From a virus (lineage: Duplodnaviria > Caudoviricetes): 46,772 nucleotides of DNA. Position numbers and translations under genes: made by a program. The notes below the pieces were generated by a model. The model did not search any database. It was not told where the DNA came from and worked only from the letters and a program-made list of their open reading frames with translations. Below, in pieces: positions 36,703 through 46,735 of this stretch. The DNA lies in the IMG/VR virus record IMGVR_UViG_3300034894_000013, positions 1-46,772 of that record. One strand, written 5' to 3'. Position 1 is the stretch's first letter, and each line of letters opens with the position of its first letter.

Positions 36703-38129
36703 TGTACGAACAAGACATGCAAAAAATCATAAACAGATACAATTATCAACTCCAGGCAATGAAGAAAAATCCGTTTCGCTATCGCAAAGAAATAAAAAAG
36801 ATTGAGACCAGAATACAGGCGTTAGGTGAGGCCAACGTCGATATTATGAATACGACTATCGCGAATCGTGGAAGCGGTACTCTCGAAATCGATAAAAACA
36901 ATTATGCAACGTACGAATCAAAAGTGACCGGGGCATATAAAATGTATAACGCCGAATGTGATTACGGCGGCGAATTATTCGGCGGTGTCGTCGATTGTCG
37001 TGTATCGTTCATAGGCGGCGAAGGTCTTTCCGTAATAACGATAAAAAATAAGGCGCTTCAAAAATGGTGTAACGATTTCGTGCAGAAAAATTGTTTCGAC
37101 GGCTCGCGATTGCTCGACATGTTGTTGACCGGAGAGCTTGAGGGGAAAAATTTTGTCCGGCTTTTTTCCGACAAGGAAAAAGACATGGTCCTTGCATCGT
37201 CGTTCTCGTGGTATCTCAATCGATACGAGGTAGAGAAAGACAAAAGCAATTCTGATAAAATAATCGGGATAAAGTATAAACCTAAATCGAGCAGCCTTGA
37301 ATCCGTTGACGATAAGCGTATAAGCATTGATAAAGCCGTGTTCGTGCGGTTAGGCGGTACTGAAAACATGCTCGATGAGACTACATCGAGAAGTCATAAA
37401 ATACTGACACAGTGCGAGAATGCAAGTCGCGCTACGTACGATCTACGAAAAAATACGCATGTGTTCGGAAAATATATGCCGTATTGGAAAGCGTCTTCTC
37501 CTCAAGCGGCAACTGCAATAAAAAACGACCTCGCGGCGAAATCGTTCGAAATTGGTGATGGATACGCTGGCGAAGCAGATTTTTCGCTCGTCGAACCTTC
37601 GGGTCAAGGAAGCGACGCGATTATAAAAGATTTTCTTGCGTCGGTCCGGTATATCTCGGCAATGACCGGGGTGCCTGTACACTGGATGGCGTGGCCGGAT
37701 CTCATGAGCAACCGCGCGACTGCGGAAAACATGTTGGAGATAATCAACTCGGCAACATGTAGGGAACGTCTCGTATGGCAAGAAGCTTTCAGGGAAATGA
37801 TATACAAAGCCCGCGAGATGGCGGTTGACGAATTAGGAGCGCCTAACGAGATATTAGACGGCGAAGTAATAGTACGACTCCCCTTGATATCGCTCTCGAT
37901 GCTGAAACAAATTCAGGAAACATACATGCCGCTCGTGGAAGCGGGGTATATGTCAAAAACGTCGTTACGAAACATGCTTCCAAAAATAAATCCGAGCGAA
38001 GAGGAAGAGCTGATTGAGGAAGAACGGAAAAAAGAAGCTGAGACGAGCCCAGAACAAAACGAAACGGTTGACGGCGCCATAGAAGAGGCGCAAAAAAATA
38101 ATGTTGACAATAAGAATAAAGGAGTGTAG
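36702..38129 (+). CDS. Portal protein
   Basis: 475 aa after terminase; TGVP..W...D..NRATAE; acidic tail. Confidence 0.8.
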   Translation: MYEQDMQKIINRYNYQLQAMKKNPFRYRKEIKKIETRIQALGEANVDIMNTTIANRGSGTLEIDKNNYATYESKVTGAYKMYNAECDYGGELFGGVVDCRVSFIGGEGLSVITIKNKALQKWCNDFVQKNCFDGSRLLDMLLTGELEGKNFVRLFSDKEKDMVLASSFSWYLNRYEVEKDKSNSDKIIGIKYKPKSSSLESVDDKRISIDKAVFVRLGGTENMLDETTSRSHKILTQCENASRATYDLRKNTHVFGKYMPYWKASSPQAATAIKNDLAAKSFEIGDGYAGEADFSLVEPSGQGSDAIIKDFLASVRYISAMTGVPVHWMAWPDLMSNRATAENMLEIINSATCRERLVWQEAFREMIYKAREMAVDELGAPNEILDGEVIVRLPLISLSMLKQIQETYMPLVEAGYMSKTSLRNMLPKINPSEEEELIEEERKKEAETSPEQNETVDGAIEEAQKNNVDNKNKGV

Positions 38130-38132
38130 AGT
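38104..38132 (+). promoter_or_regulatory. Possible internal sigma70 promoter before head genes
   Basis: TTGACA-17-TAGAGT. Confidence 0.45.
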
Positions 38133-38137
38133 AAATT

Positions 38138-38338
38138 ATGCAGATTCAAGATGCGTTAGATAAAAGAGGCGGTAATGATGGCGGACTTAGAAAAGCTGAC
38201 GAGAAAAAACTATGCTCGACGCATAACCTCATTCCGCCTATGAAAGACATTGACGCAGGAACCGTCAAAGCAGCTGTCATGAAAATTGACAAAGAAGGCA
38301 AGAAGAAAAAAACCGGGGATAAAGACGAGGCAAAATAG
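38138..38338 (+). CDS. Hypothetical head-region protein
   Basis: Fills gap between portal and protease/scaffold. Confidence 0.55.
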   Translation: MQIQDALDKRGGNDGGLRKADEKKLCSTHNLIPPMKDIDAGTVKAAVMKIDKEGKKKKTGDKDEAK

Positions 38339-40143
38339 TGCCGTATCCAAACGAACACGCCGGGCGTGTGCATGATCCGAAACAATACGAATCTTTCGCT
38401 CGTAAAAAAATAGCGAATGGTATTTCCGCTATTTTCGGAGTAAAGAACGGAAAAAGCGAGATACAGGCGTATCGTTTCGATAAAGACGTGTTTACCCCGG
38501 AAGAAGCTAAAAAATGGCTTGATGACCATAATATAAAACTGATTTCTTTTGAAAAAGCCTCTGGTAAAATAAAAGCTTTTATTTCTCTTCAATGCACTGC
38601 TCTTTCCTTAACTTCCGACGAGATCATAGCCTTGATTGATGGTAGCCTCCTTTCCAAAATCAGGGCTCATGATCCGCATCCCTTTTTTCAGGCGTATTCG
38701 ATATGTCACGAGGGAACGAGTCAACCTACGATACTCGGGGAAAAGTCAAAGCCAATACACTGGACACGTCAAGCTGTTGAATCGATAAAAAAGGTGGTCG
38801 CAAAAGGGGTTAAGTTTTTTCGTGGGCATAATAGCGATAACTCGACGGATAACCGTGAGTCGTTAGGCGAGGTAGTCGCCGATATGCAAAAAGAAATAGG
38901 CGGCGTGTTACACCATATAGTTGTCGGATATTTTCCCGACAAAGAAAAAGTCAAGGACGCGGATATATGCAGCCAGGAGGCGAACTGGAATTTATTTCAG
39001 AAAGCCGGGGAATGGTTCGCGGGAGCGATAAAAGATTTAACAGGGATTGCGCTTAGTAATTCAAGAGTCGATCAACCAGCGTTCTCGGGTGCAAAGCGGT
39101 TAGGAATGGTACAGGCATTCAATATGCAATTCGGAGGGCCTGGGAGTGGAAGAAGGCCCGAAGGAGGTAGTAAAGAAACTGATGATGAGTTTTATGACAA
39201 AGCAGTTTCTGATATATTAAATGAGATTGATAAAGGAGACTTCGACCAGTATGGAATAAGAATGCTACCAAGTAGCCAAGAAAATATGAGTATAGGAGAT
39301 ATTTTACCAGAATCTAATGTATGGGAGGATAATGAACCTACAGATGAGTCATTGGGAGGAACTTCGTCGCTATATATAAGTCCTTATATAAATAGAGGAT
39401 ATACGCCTAAGGAAGATTTAAAAAGAATAATAAAAGATTTAAAACAATATCCTGGTACAACTATGGCGTTGATTGGGGGAGATTATTCAACAGGAGGGAA
39501 TGACCCAGGAGAATCAGTAATCTCAAATGCTAAAATAATAAAAAAATATAAGTATACACCTAAAATACAGGCATTCAACGCCATACAAGGCGATGAAAAT
39601 ATAAATAAAAAGGACATAGGAAATATGCCGGAAGAATTAAAGACAGTTCCGTTCGCGGAGTTGGTAACGGAACTAAAGCGCAGAAATACTTTTCCAACAC
39701 AAGTATTTTCTCTGGATGAAATCAAGAAAGACAGAGAAATTTCACCGATCTTTGAAAAGCTGGATAAGCTCGAAAAAGACATACAGGTAAAAGACAAAAG
39801 TCTAAAAGACTTAGAGGAAGAAAAAAAGACTTTGAGTAAACAGATTAACTCTGTAACGGCAAAAGACAGACTTGTAAAAATCCTCGATGAAAACAAGTTG
39901 ATCCCTACGACGGACAAACAGCGAAAATTCATCAAGGAGAGATTCAAAAATATCGAGGATACATCCGACGAGGGATTGAAAAAATACATCCAGTCGGAAA
40001 TCGACGAGAGGAAAAGAATTCTCGATATCGAAGGCATACCGGAAAAAGACAACGACTCCGGTAATACGAAGACACCTAACAGCGATATGACGAAGGCAGA
40101 GAATAATCCGTTACTCGAAGAAGATTACAATGAATTACTTTAA
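38338..40143 (+). CDS. Putative prohead protease-scaffold fusion with inserted domain
   Basis: MPYPNEH N-domain; H..CSQE..IAL...PAF protease-like core; K/E-rich coiled-coil C-terminus; position before capsid. Confidence 0.7.
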   Translation: MPYPNEHAGRVHDPKQYESFARKKIANGISAIFGVKNGKSEIQAYRFDKDVFTPEEAKKWLDDHNIKLISFEKASGKIKAFISLQCTALSLTSDEIIALIDGSLLSKIRAHDPHPFFQAYSICHEGTSQPTILGEKSKPIHWTRQAVESIKKVVAKGVKFFRGHNSDNSTDNRESLGEVVADMQKEIGGVLHHIVVGYFPDKEKVKDADICSQEANWNLFQKAGEWFAGAIKDLTGIALSNSRVDQPAFSGAKRLGMVQAFNMQFGGPGSGRRPEGGSKETDDEFYDKAVSDILNEIDKGDFDQYGIRMLPSSQENMSIGDILPESNVWEDNEPTDESLGGTSSLYISPYINRGYTPKEDLKRIIKDLKQYPGTTMALIGGDYSTGGNDPGESVISNAKIIKKYKYTPKIQAFNAIQGDENINKKDIGNMPEELKTVPFAELVTELKRRNTFPTQVFSLDEIKKDREISPIFEKLDKLEKDIQVKDKSLKDLEEEKKTLSKQINSVTAKDRLVKILDENKLIPTTDKQRKFIKERFKNIEDTSDEGLKKYIQSEIDERKRILDIEGIPEKDNDSGNTKTPNSDMTKAENNPLLEEDYNELL

Positions 40144-40153
40144 GGAGTAAACA

Positions 40154-40573
40154 ATGTTTCGATGGAAGGACAACAGATCGGAATGTTATGACGATCTATT
40201 CGACGTAGTACCGCCCGCAGGTACGCTCAACGGAATGGGTTTCCGAAGGCAAGACGTTTTCGGATTCGTCATCAAGGACAGGGAAACAGCCGGGGAAAAC
40301 ATGGCGTTTCTCTATGACTGCCAACAGGTAGAGTCGCCGAAACGCGTAGGCACAGGAGAGGTGATTATATCCGGGGATAGACTTTTCGCATATCCTGTAA
40401 CGGTGGGTATCCCGTTTACAACGCCGCAATATTTCGAGGTGTCGCCTGTTGCGACAGGTACGGCAGGGGTTGATTACATATTCTGCGGGATTGCAAAATT
40501 CAACGCAGGTGCGAACGACGCCACGGTGATTTTCAAATTCATCGGGATAACCCCCACGGCAGCGGATCTTTAA
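40154..40573 (+). CDS. Putative head decoration/cement protein
   Basis: AAGGAG RBS; small beta-rich protein just before capsid. Confidence 0.6.
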   Translation: MFRWKDNRSECYDDLFDVVPPAGTLNGMGFRRQDVFGFVIKDRETAGENMAFLYDCQQVESPKRVGTGEVIISGDRLFAYPVTVGIPFTTPQYFEVSPVATGTAGVDYIFCGIAKFNAGANDATVIFKFIGITPTAADL

Positions 40574-40588
40574 GGAAAGGAGTAAACA

Positions 40589-41617
40589 ATGAAAACAAAT
40601 AACATAGCAAAAGACGACGCCCTTTTCTTCGATACGCTGGAAAAGGCAGTAAACACCGGGGATCGCAACATAGGAAACCAGATTTCCGTTGCGCTCAACG
40701 CGTTCATGATGAAACCGAAACTCGAAGTCATGAAGAACATACAGGCGTTCAAGAAAATTCAGGCTGTAGCATCTTCGACCGACTTCGCAAAACTCGTGAG
40801 CGATGCATTCAACGTTACAATCGGAGCGCAAGCGTTCGATCTCGGGTACGAACAGGCGTTCAAGAGTGTTCCGCTCGGTACGCGCGAGGATACCTGGGAT
40901 ATATACGACGTTCAGAACGCACTCGCTTTTCATCTTATCCCTGAAGGAAATTCGATTCACCTTGATGAGCTTTCGGGCTCGGTCGTTACTGCGCACGTAG
41001 ACTATTACGGCGGAGGACTCGGGTGGACCGATAAAATGATCCGGTATAGAAAAGTTGCGGCGATGGTAGACATGGCAATGATTTTTAGAAACCGTTTTTG
41101 GTCGAACAAAGCGGCGAATCATTACCTCCTTGTTGCGGCAGCAGCGGCGCTCGCGGGGAATACAACGGCGTGGCAAGCGGGCGGGACAAACCTTCTTCGC
41201 GATATAGCAACTCTCAATCTTGCGGCGTTCACGTTGACAAACAGGTTGAGAAACAAAGGATACGATCCGCAGAACATGGCGGCGGCCAATCTCTTGCTCT
41301 ACGCAAACCCGCTCGATAAAACGAGAATAGCGGCAGCGCTTACGGCGACACGGAATACCGTTATCGGAGCAACAACGTTGAATCAACAGGTAGACTGGAG
41401 TATAACTCCTATCTATACATACGATGCATCGATTGTACACGATCACCCCGTGCTCGTACTTCCCGGAAACAAAATGCAGCGTGCCGATGATATGCAGCCG
41501 ACGACGTTCACGAAACCGCAAGATCCGCTTACACTTAATCTCTTGCAGACAGTGTGGGCGATATACGGCGCGATTATCGCGGATACGGAACAGGTCATGA
41601 CGGTGGACCTCGTATAA
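40589..41617 (+). CDS. Major capsid protein (HK97 fold)
   Basis: 342 aa, strong RBS, IPEG..I and YGGGLGWT segments, synteny. Confidence 0.85.
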   Translation: MKTNNIAKDDALFFDTLEKAVNTGDRNIGNQISVALNAFMMKPKLEVMKNIQAFKKIQAVASSTDFAKLVSDAFNVTIGAQAFDLGYEQAFKSVPLGTREDTWDIYDVQNALAFHLIPEGNSIHLDELSGSVVTAHVDYYGGGLGWTDKMIRYRKVAAMVDMAMIFRNRFWSNKAANHYLLVAAAAALAGNTTAWQAGGTNLLRDIATLNLAAFTLTNRLRNKGYDPQNMAAANLLLYANPLDKTRIAAALTATRNTVIGATTLNQQVDWSITPIYTYDASIVHDHPVLVLPGNKMQRADDMQPTTFTKPQDPLTLNLLQTVWAIYGAIIADTEQVMTVDLV

Positions 41618-42015
41618 TGACACCGTGGGTAACGATAACAGAAGCTAACACGTACTTTGTAACAAAATGGGGGGCGTCCGCCTGGGCGTCCCTCAATAAT
41701 TTGCAGAAAGAGCAATTGCTCACCTCGGCGTATAACTGGATGAAGTCGTTGTATAATATTTCTGATTCCAGTACCGACGTAAAAATAAAACGCGCTCAAT
41801 ATGAGTTAGCTTGGTATATTTATAATTTTTACGACGAGCACGTTAAGCATCAAGCAATGAACGCGCAGGGGGTAAAGAGTTTTTCGATTATGAGTTTTTC
41901 TGAAACGCTCGTGAGCGCAGTTTTCCCGCCGTTCATTTCGGATATGTTGCCGGATGACGCGATTATAAATTCAGGCGGTAAGATCGTATCGGTACATAGG
42001 GATCTCGCGCAATGA
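41617..42015 (+). CDS. Head-tail adaptor protein
   Basis: WVTITEANTYF...AW...K..LL..A...AQYELA pattern; ATG overlaps capsid TAA. Confidence 0.7.
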   Translation: MTPWVTITEANTYFVTKWGASAWASLNNLQKEQLLTSAYNWMKSLYNISDSSTDVKIKRAQYELAWYIYNFYDEHVKHQAMNAQGVKSFSIMSFSETLVSAVFPPFISDMLPDDAIINSGGKIVSVHRDLAQ

Positions 42016-42024
42016 AAGAAGAAT

Positions 42025-42993
42025 ATGACACAAAAAGAACAAGAGAAGAATATACAAAACCTTGTCGATAAAATGACGAAGAATCTCGACAGAGTTTCAA
42101 AAAATATCGATAAGATTATTTCAGAAATTGCAATTACGAAAGATACCTCCAATTTATATTGGGCGAAAATAAATCAACAGATACGAAAAGAATACGAAAC
42201 AGCTCGGCAAATAACGAGAGATTTTATTCTCGGTGAATTTCCGGATTATTACAAAAAACAAATACAAAATCAACTTACAAAAATAAAAAATAAAAATATT
42301 GAGTTGCCAAAAACAACGACTGCAAAAGATTTTGTATCTACGCACGGCTCGAAACAAAGTTTAAAATCGTTAATGAATGAAACGATAAACTCGTATCGTT
42401 CGGGATTAAACAACGGTGAAAACACGTTGCGTAAACTCGCTATGTTGACGCAACAAGTGAACATTGAGGAAAGAAAAATCGAGAAAGCAATTGCTGACGG
42501 ATATATAGAGAGCGGTACGTACAAAGGGTCGAAGAAAAAATTACAGAATGAATTATTGAAAAAATCTCTTGATGGTAAATACATAACTATTGTTGATAAA
42601 AATGGAAAGACGAAAAATTGGAAAGCCGACACGTATGCAGAAATGGTAACACGTACGAAATTGATGGAGGCATCGGCGCAATCTGCGCTTGATACGGCCA
42701 ATGCTGTAGGATCGGACCTTGTTCAGGTATCGGCGCACAACTCATTACACGCCGAATGTGCAGAAATTGAGGGGAAGATTTATTCTATTTCTGGGTCTGA
42801 TTCTGATTTCCCGGTGCTCGATTTTTCACTTCCTTTGCATCCGAATTGTATGCATTCGTTTTCTGTCGTATTCAAGGAGTTTTTAGATCGACAGGGGACG
42901 CTTAATGACTATATAGATTTTTCTAATGGAGAGACGGAACAACATCCTACGCGGACTGCGTGGGTACCAATATCTGAAAGAGAATTACGTTAA
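42025..42993 (+). CDS. Minor capsid / head morphogenesis protein (MuF/gp7-like)
   Basis: YAEMVTRT, VQVSAH...C...EGKIYS, PLHPNCMH. Confidence 0.85.
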   Translation: MTQKEQEKNIQNLVDKMTKNLDRVSKNIDKIISEIAITKDTSNLYWAKINQQIRKEYETARQITRDFILGEFPDYYKKQIQNQLTKIKNKNIELPKTTTAKDFVSTHGSKQSLKSLMNETINSYRSGLNNGENTLRKLAMLTQQVNIEERKIEKAIADGYIESGTYKGSKKKLQNELLKKSLDGKYITIVDKNGKTKNWKADTYAEMVTRTKLMEASAQSALDTANAVGSDLVQVSAHNSLHAECAEIEGKIYSISGSDSDFPVLDFSLPLHPNCMHSFSVVFKEFLDRQGTLNDYIDFSNGETEQHPTRTAWVPISERELR

Positions 42994-43581
42994 ATGACTA
43001 TAAACAACGTATGGAAAAACGAACCGTGTTATGTAGTCGGATGCGGGACCAGTTTACGCGGTTTTGATTTTAATAATCTTAACGGGAAACACTCAATAGG
43101 CATAAACTATGCAGTAGAAGATTATGAATTTGAGTGGTTACTGTATGTAAATAATTTAGACGGCCTTAGTTATGACCTCAACAAATTTCCTGGATATATT
43201 TTTGCGCATCAGAGTACGCAATTTTATCGAGAAGACAGAATATTTAAATTTAAAGCTATCGATAATAATGGCGAGCCATCTTTACGTATTGAGGATGGGT
43301 TATATAATTGCTATTTGTCAGGAATTGCGGCAACAAATCTTGCAATTATAAGCGGTGCGAATCCAATTTATCTATTGGGTCTCGATTGCGGTGGAGGAAC
43401 AAAAGAAGATAAACACTATAGACAAATATTTAACGGCCACGTTGATTCGGTAGCAAAGTATGAAAGAGGCGCGCAGTATTTTGAAAAGTTTTTTTTGTGG
43501 AAAGATAGAATTATAAACCTATCTCTTATAAGTAATATAAAAGTATTTGCCAAACAAGATTGGAGAGATCATTTTGCTTGA
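42994..43581 (+). CDS. Maf/sialyltransferase-like glycosyltransferase 1
   Basis: CYVVGCGTSL, SIGIN, SG..A..LAI..GA.PIYLLGLD, KHY, resembling GT42/GT29/Maf folds. Confidence 0.7.
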   Translation: MTINNVWKNEPCYVVGCGTSLRGFDFNNLNGKHSIGINYAVEDYEFEWLLYVNNLDGLSYDLNKFPGYIFAHQSTQFYREDRIFKFKAIDNNGEPSLRIEDGLYNCYLSGIAATNLAIISGANPIYLLGLDCGGGTKEDKHYRQIFNGHVDSVAKYERGAQYFEKFFLWKDRIINLSLISNIKVFAKQDWRDHFA

Positions 43582-44437
43582 GTTGAAAATAATGCAGACA
43601 CAAATAAAGCAAAGAGAAAAAAATAACGAGAAAAAAATAACTCCCCCAGCTCCAATAAAAGAAAATAAGAGAGAGATAAATATATTAAATATCAATGACG
43701 CGCTACAAATAAAAAAAGAAAAAAACAATATGAGTATTACCGACGAAACGTGGTTTAAATTACAGGTTCAAGCGTTGTTAGACGGCAGAGAATCTTTGAT
43801 AGGTCCGTATGATAATGTGGATGGGTTTTGGAAAAACGAGCCGTGTTTCGTAGTTGGCAGTTCTATCGGATTGCGTCATGCAATGGATGCCGGTTTTACT
43901 TTTGATAAATTAAACGGCCATCATTCGATCGGTGTTAATCACGTTATAGAGGATTATCATTATTTCGAATGGCTTGTTTTTCTTGATGGTAGATTTTTGC
44001 AGCTTACGAAATGGGACGTATTAGGATTTTACAAAGGCAGGATATTTACACAGAGACGCGCGGGATTATTACCGTCAAACAAAGTAACAATTTTTTATAA
44101 ATCGAACGAAGATCCCACAGAAAACATTATCAATGGTGTTATTAATGGGCAGGTATCTGGGGTTATTGCGCTACATCTTGCGATTATAAGCGGGGCGAAT
44201 CCTATTTATATGCTCGGAATGGATAACGGCGGGTTAAAGAATAATAAAAACGGGAATCATTTTAAAAAAAACTATACTGGCGAATCTCTAAAAAAAGGCG
44301 GGTGGGAAAATTATCTTGATAGAATACCTCATACATTCGAAAAACTCGGTAAATGGTCGAGTAGAGTTTACAATGTTGACCCGTTAGGGGACATAAAAAC
44401 TTTCAGAAAAATTTCGTGGAAGGATGTAGAATTATGA
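43547..44437 (+). CDS. Maf/sialyltransferase-like glycosyltransferase 2 (true start may be 43592 or 43730)
   Basis: CFVVGSSIGL, SIGVN, SG..ALHLAIISGANPIYMLGMD, NHF; paralog of upstream gene. Confidence 0.7.
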   Translation: MPNKIGEIILLELKIMQTQIKQREKNNEKKITPPAPIKENKREINILNINDALQIKKEKNNMSITDETWFKLQVQALLDGRESLIGPYDNVDGFWKNEPCFVVGSSIGLRHAMDAGFTFDKLNGHHSIGVNHVIEDYHYFEWLVFLDGRFLQLTKWDVLGFYKGRIFTQRRAGLLPSNKVTIFYKSNEDPTENIINGVINGQVSGVIALHLAIISGANPIYMLGMDNGGLKNNKNGNHFKKNYTGESLKKGGWENYLDRIPHTFEKLGKWSSRVYNVDPLGDIKTFRKISWKDVEL

Positions 44438-45300
44438 AAATATGTCACATCGGCACTCTGCCATTAAACAGAATGGGGCGGATGACTCGCGACCTTATAA
44501 ATTATTGTAAGGGAGAACACGTCTATAATATCCTCGGATCGGAATACGAGTACGCGGATATTTACGTTTTACACTGTTTCAAAAAACGGCACAAAGAATT
44601 CGAGAATTTTAAACGGCCAAATATAAATGCGAAGATAATTTCACTTATCCATTCGTCGTATCCTTGTATGCCTGCGAAGGAAAGCGACTGCGTTGTAACG
44701 CAAACGGAATACTGGAGAGATAGATTGTGGAAGGACTACAACATAAAAGCTGTGAATATATATTCGTGCATCGACCCTGCTCCTGTAAAAGCCGATCTTG
44801 GATTTAAGTGGTTCGGTCACATACTTCGAAACGATAAAGGAAAATATCATTGGCGATGGAATCATTTATTGAGAAATATTTTAAATAAAACCGAATCGAG
44901 AGCATATATTATTTCTCGAAACCCGAAAGAAATAAATAATTACAGAATTATTTACAATAAATTGGTAAGCGATGAAAATAAATTAAAAGCATTGTGTGAA
45001 TTATCGGTAGCAGTTTACGCGCACGGATCGTTTGAAGAGATATTTCCTATGGCTATACTCGAATGTATGTCTGTAGGTTTGCCGATTGTATATCTCTATC
45101 AACCGTCTATGGCCGAAATGATAGGACCGGACCAACTGGCTTGCGACACGATAAAAGAAGTAGAAGAAAAAACCATCATGCTGTTGAATGATTACAAGCT
45201 TAGAAAAAAGTACGGGCAGAAAGCTTTAGAGCGGGCAAGATTTTTTACACGTGAAAAAACCATAGACGCATGGAATAAATTATTTCTGGAGATAGTATGA
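44434..45300 (+). CDS. GT-B glycosyltransferase (GT4-like)
   Basis: EIFPMAILECMSVGLPIV EX7E motif; ATGA overlap. Confidence 0.85.
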   Translation: MKICHIGTLPLNRMGRMTRDLINYCKGEHVYNILGSEYEYADIYVLHCFKKRHKEFENFKRPNINAKIISLIHSSYPCMPAKESDCVVTQTEYWRDRLWKDYNIKAVNIYSCIDPAPVKADLGFKWFGHILRNDKGKYHWRWNHLLRNILNKTESRAYIISRNPKEINNYRIIYNKLVSDENKLKALCELSVAVYAHGSFEEIFPMAILECMSVGLPIVYLYQPSMAEMIGPDQLACDTIKEVEEKTIMLLNDYKLRKKYGQKALERARFFTREKTIDAWNKLFLEIV

Positions 45301-45875
45301 AACCAGTAATGAAGATAATAGCCGTTACGTGCGCTCGCATGGATAGCAAACGATTCCCCGGTAAATGTCTTGCGTTGTTAGACGGGAAACCACTATTGCA
45401 GCATACGATTGATTTCGCGCGAACGATTGATATACCACTCTATACGTTTACGCGTGATCAGCGGATAATTGATTATGTAAAAGACAAGACGCCGATTATT
45501 TATGAGCCTATTGAACTGTACGATACCCCACAAAATACGACGTATGAGAAGATGCAGTATGTGAATCGGATACTCGATGCGGACTATGTAATTCTTTTGC
45601 AGCCTACGCAGCCGGTGAGATTCGATATAATAATAAGTAGACTTATAAAGGAATTAAGAACAAGTGTTTGCAGTAATTTATTAGACGACTGTTTATACTC
45701 TACCAACATGCGCGGTGTAGAAGATGGAGCATTTTACTTCTATTCAAAAAAATATTTAAACAGAAAATCTAACAATTTAATACCGTTTACAAGCGGCCCT
45801 GTTTCTTTTGATATTGATACACCAGAAGACTTAAAGGAGTGTGAAGAATGGCTACAAGCACAAAAACGAAAATAA
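45297..45875 (+). CDS. neuA: CMP-nonulosonate synthetase (acylneuraminate cytidylyltransferase)
   Basis: ARMDSKRFPGK, GKPLL, LLQPTQPVR, DIDTPED. Confidence 0.88.
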   Translation: MKPVMKIIAVTCARMDSKRFPGKCLALLDGKPLLQHTIDFARTIDIPLYTFTRDQRIIDYVKDKTPIIYEPIELYDTPQNTTYEKMQYVNRILDADYVILLQPTQPVRFDIIISRLIKELRTSVCSNLLDDCLYSTNMRGVEDGAFYFYSKKYLNRKSNNLIPFTSGPVSFDIDTPEDLKECEEWLQAQKRK

Positions 45876-46735
45876 TTCTCGAAACCGGATGTAATCATCA
45901 GGGGGTTTTCGAAAATGCGTTACAGGTCATAGACGATGCTGTAAAACTCGGCGTATGGGGAATAAAATTTCAGAAGCGTGATATAGACTCTATACCGAAA
46001 GAAATAGCGAAGACAACAAGAAACTCTGAAACGTCTTTCGGTGCGACGTATTACGAACACCGTAAAGCTCTTGAATTTTCGGTAGATCAAATAGCCGCGT
46101 TTAAAAAATATGCAGAAGAACGCGGACTCGTACCTATAGTAACCGTGTTTGATATTGTGAGCCTGAAACAAATGATCGATGCAGGATTCGAATATATAAA
46201 ACTACCGAGTCAGTTTTACAGCAATTACGCTATGAATCTTATGTTATTTGACGAACATGATAGACAACCGGTAATAGACAACTACAATAATCGCCGAAAC
46301 AAATTTAAAATTGTAGTTTCGACCGGCATGCATACGATGAATGAAATTGAAAGGTGGCCGTGGTTCGATAAAGCCGACATAACGTTGTATTGTCGGTCTA
46401 TTTATCCTGCAAATCTCGATCAAGTTGATTTCGTTACTGCGAGGACGTTGAAAGAAAAACTGAAACACAGCGAATTTGGATACTCGTCTCACGATAAAAA
46501 CGGGTGTGCGATACCGCATATGGTTATGTTCGGTGCAAAATATATAGAGCGCCACTACACGTTAAACAAAGAGTGGAAGGGCTCGGATCATGGGACGGTA
46601 TCGAGCGATTATGAAGAGATGCAAAAAATAATCGAGAAAATAAAGAGCGCGGAAGACATGCTGTCAAAAACAAACGACACGGAACTTGTGAATGACGAGG
46701 AGAAGAAAGTCAGATTAACGTACAGGGGAATATGA
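45848..46735 (+). CDS. neuB: Nonulosonic acid synthase (NeuB family), no C-terminal SAF domain
   Basis: IILETGCNHQG, IKFQKR, IKLPS, STGM, YP, GYSSH, IERHYTL, GSDH. Confidence 0.93.
   Translation: MATSTKTKIILETGCNHQGVFENALQVIDDAVKLGVWGIKFQKRDIDSIPKEIAKTTRNSETSFGATYYEHRKALEFSVDQIAAFKKYAEERGLVPIVTVFDIVSLKQMIDAGFEYIKLPSQFYSNYAMNLMLFDEHDRQPVIDNYNNRRNKFKIVVSTGMHTMNEIERWPWFDKADITLYCRSIYPANLDQVDFVTARTLKEKLKHSEFGYSSHDKNGCAIPHMVMFGAKYIERHYTLNKEWKGSDHGTVSSDYEEMQKIIEKIKSAEDMLSKTNDTELVNDEEKKVRLTYRGI

Noticed and set aside
39110-39578. Intein or intron in protease/scaffold
   Set aside because: No C/S...HN splice junctions or homing endonuclease motifs; frame is continuous
40196-41623. 475-aa minus-strand ORF
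   Set aside because: Antisense shadow of capsid and decoration genes; no recognisable motifs
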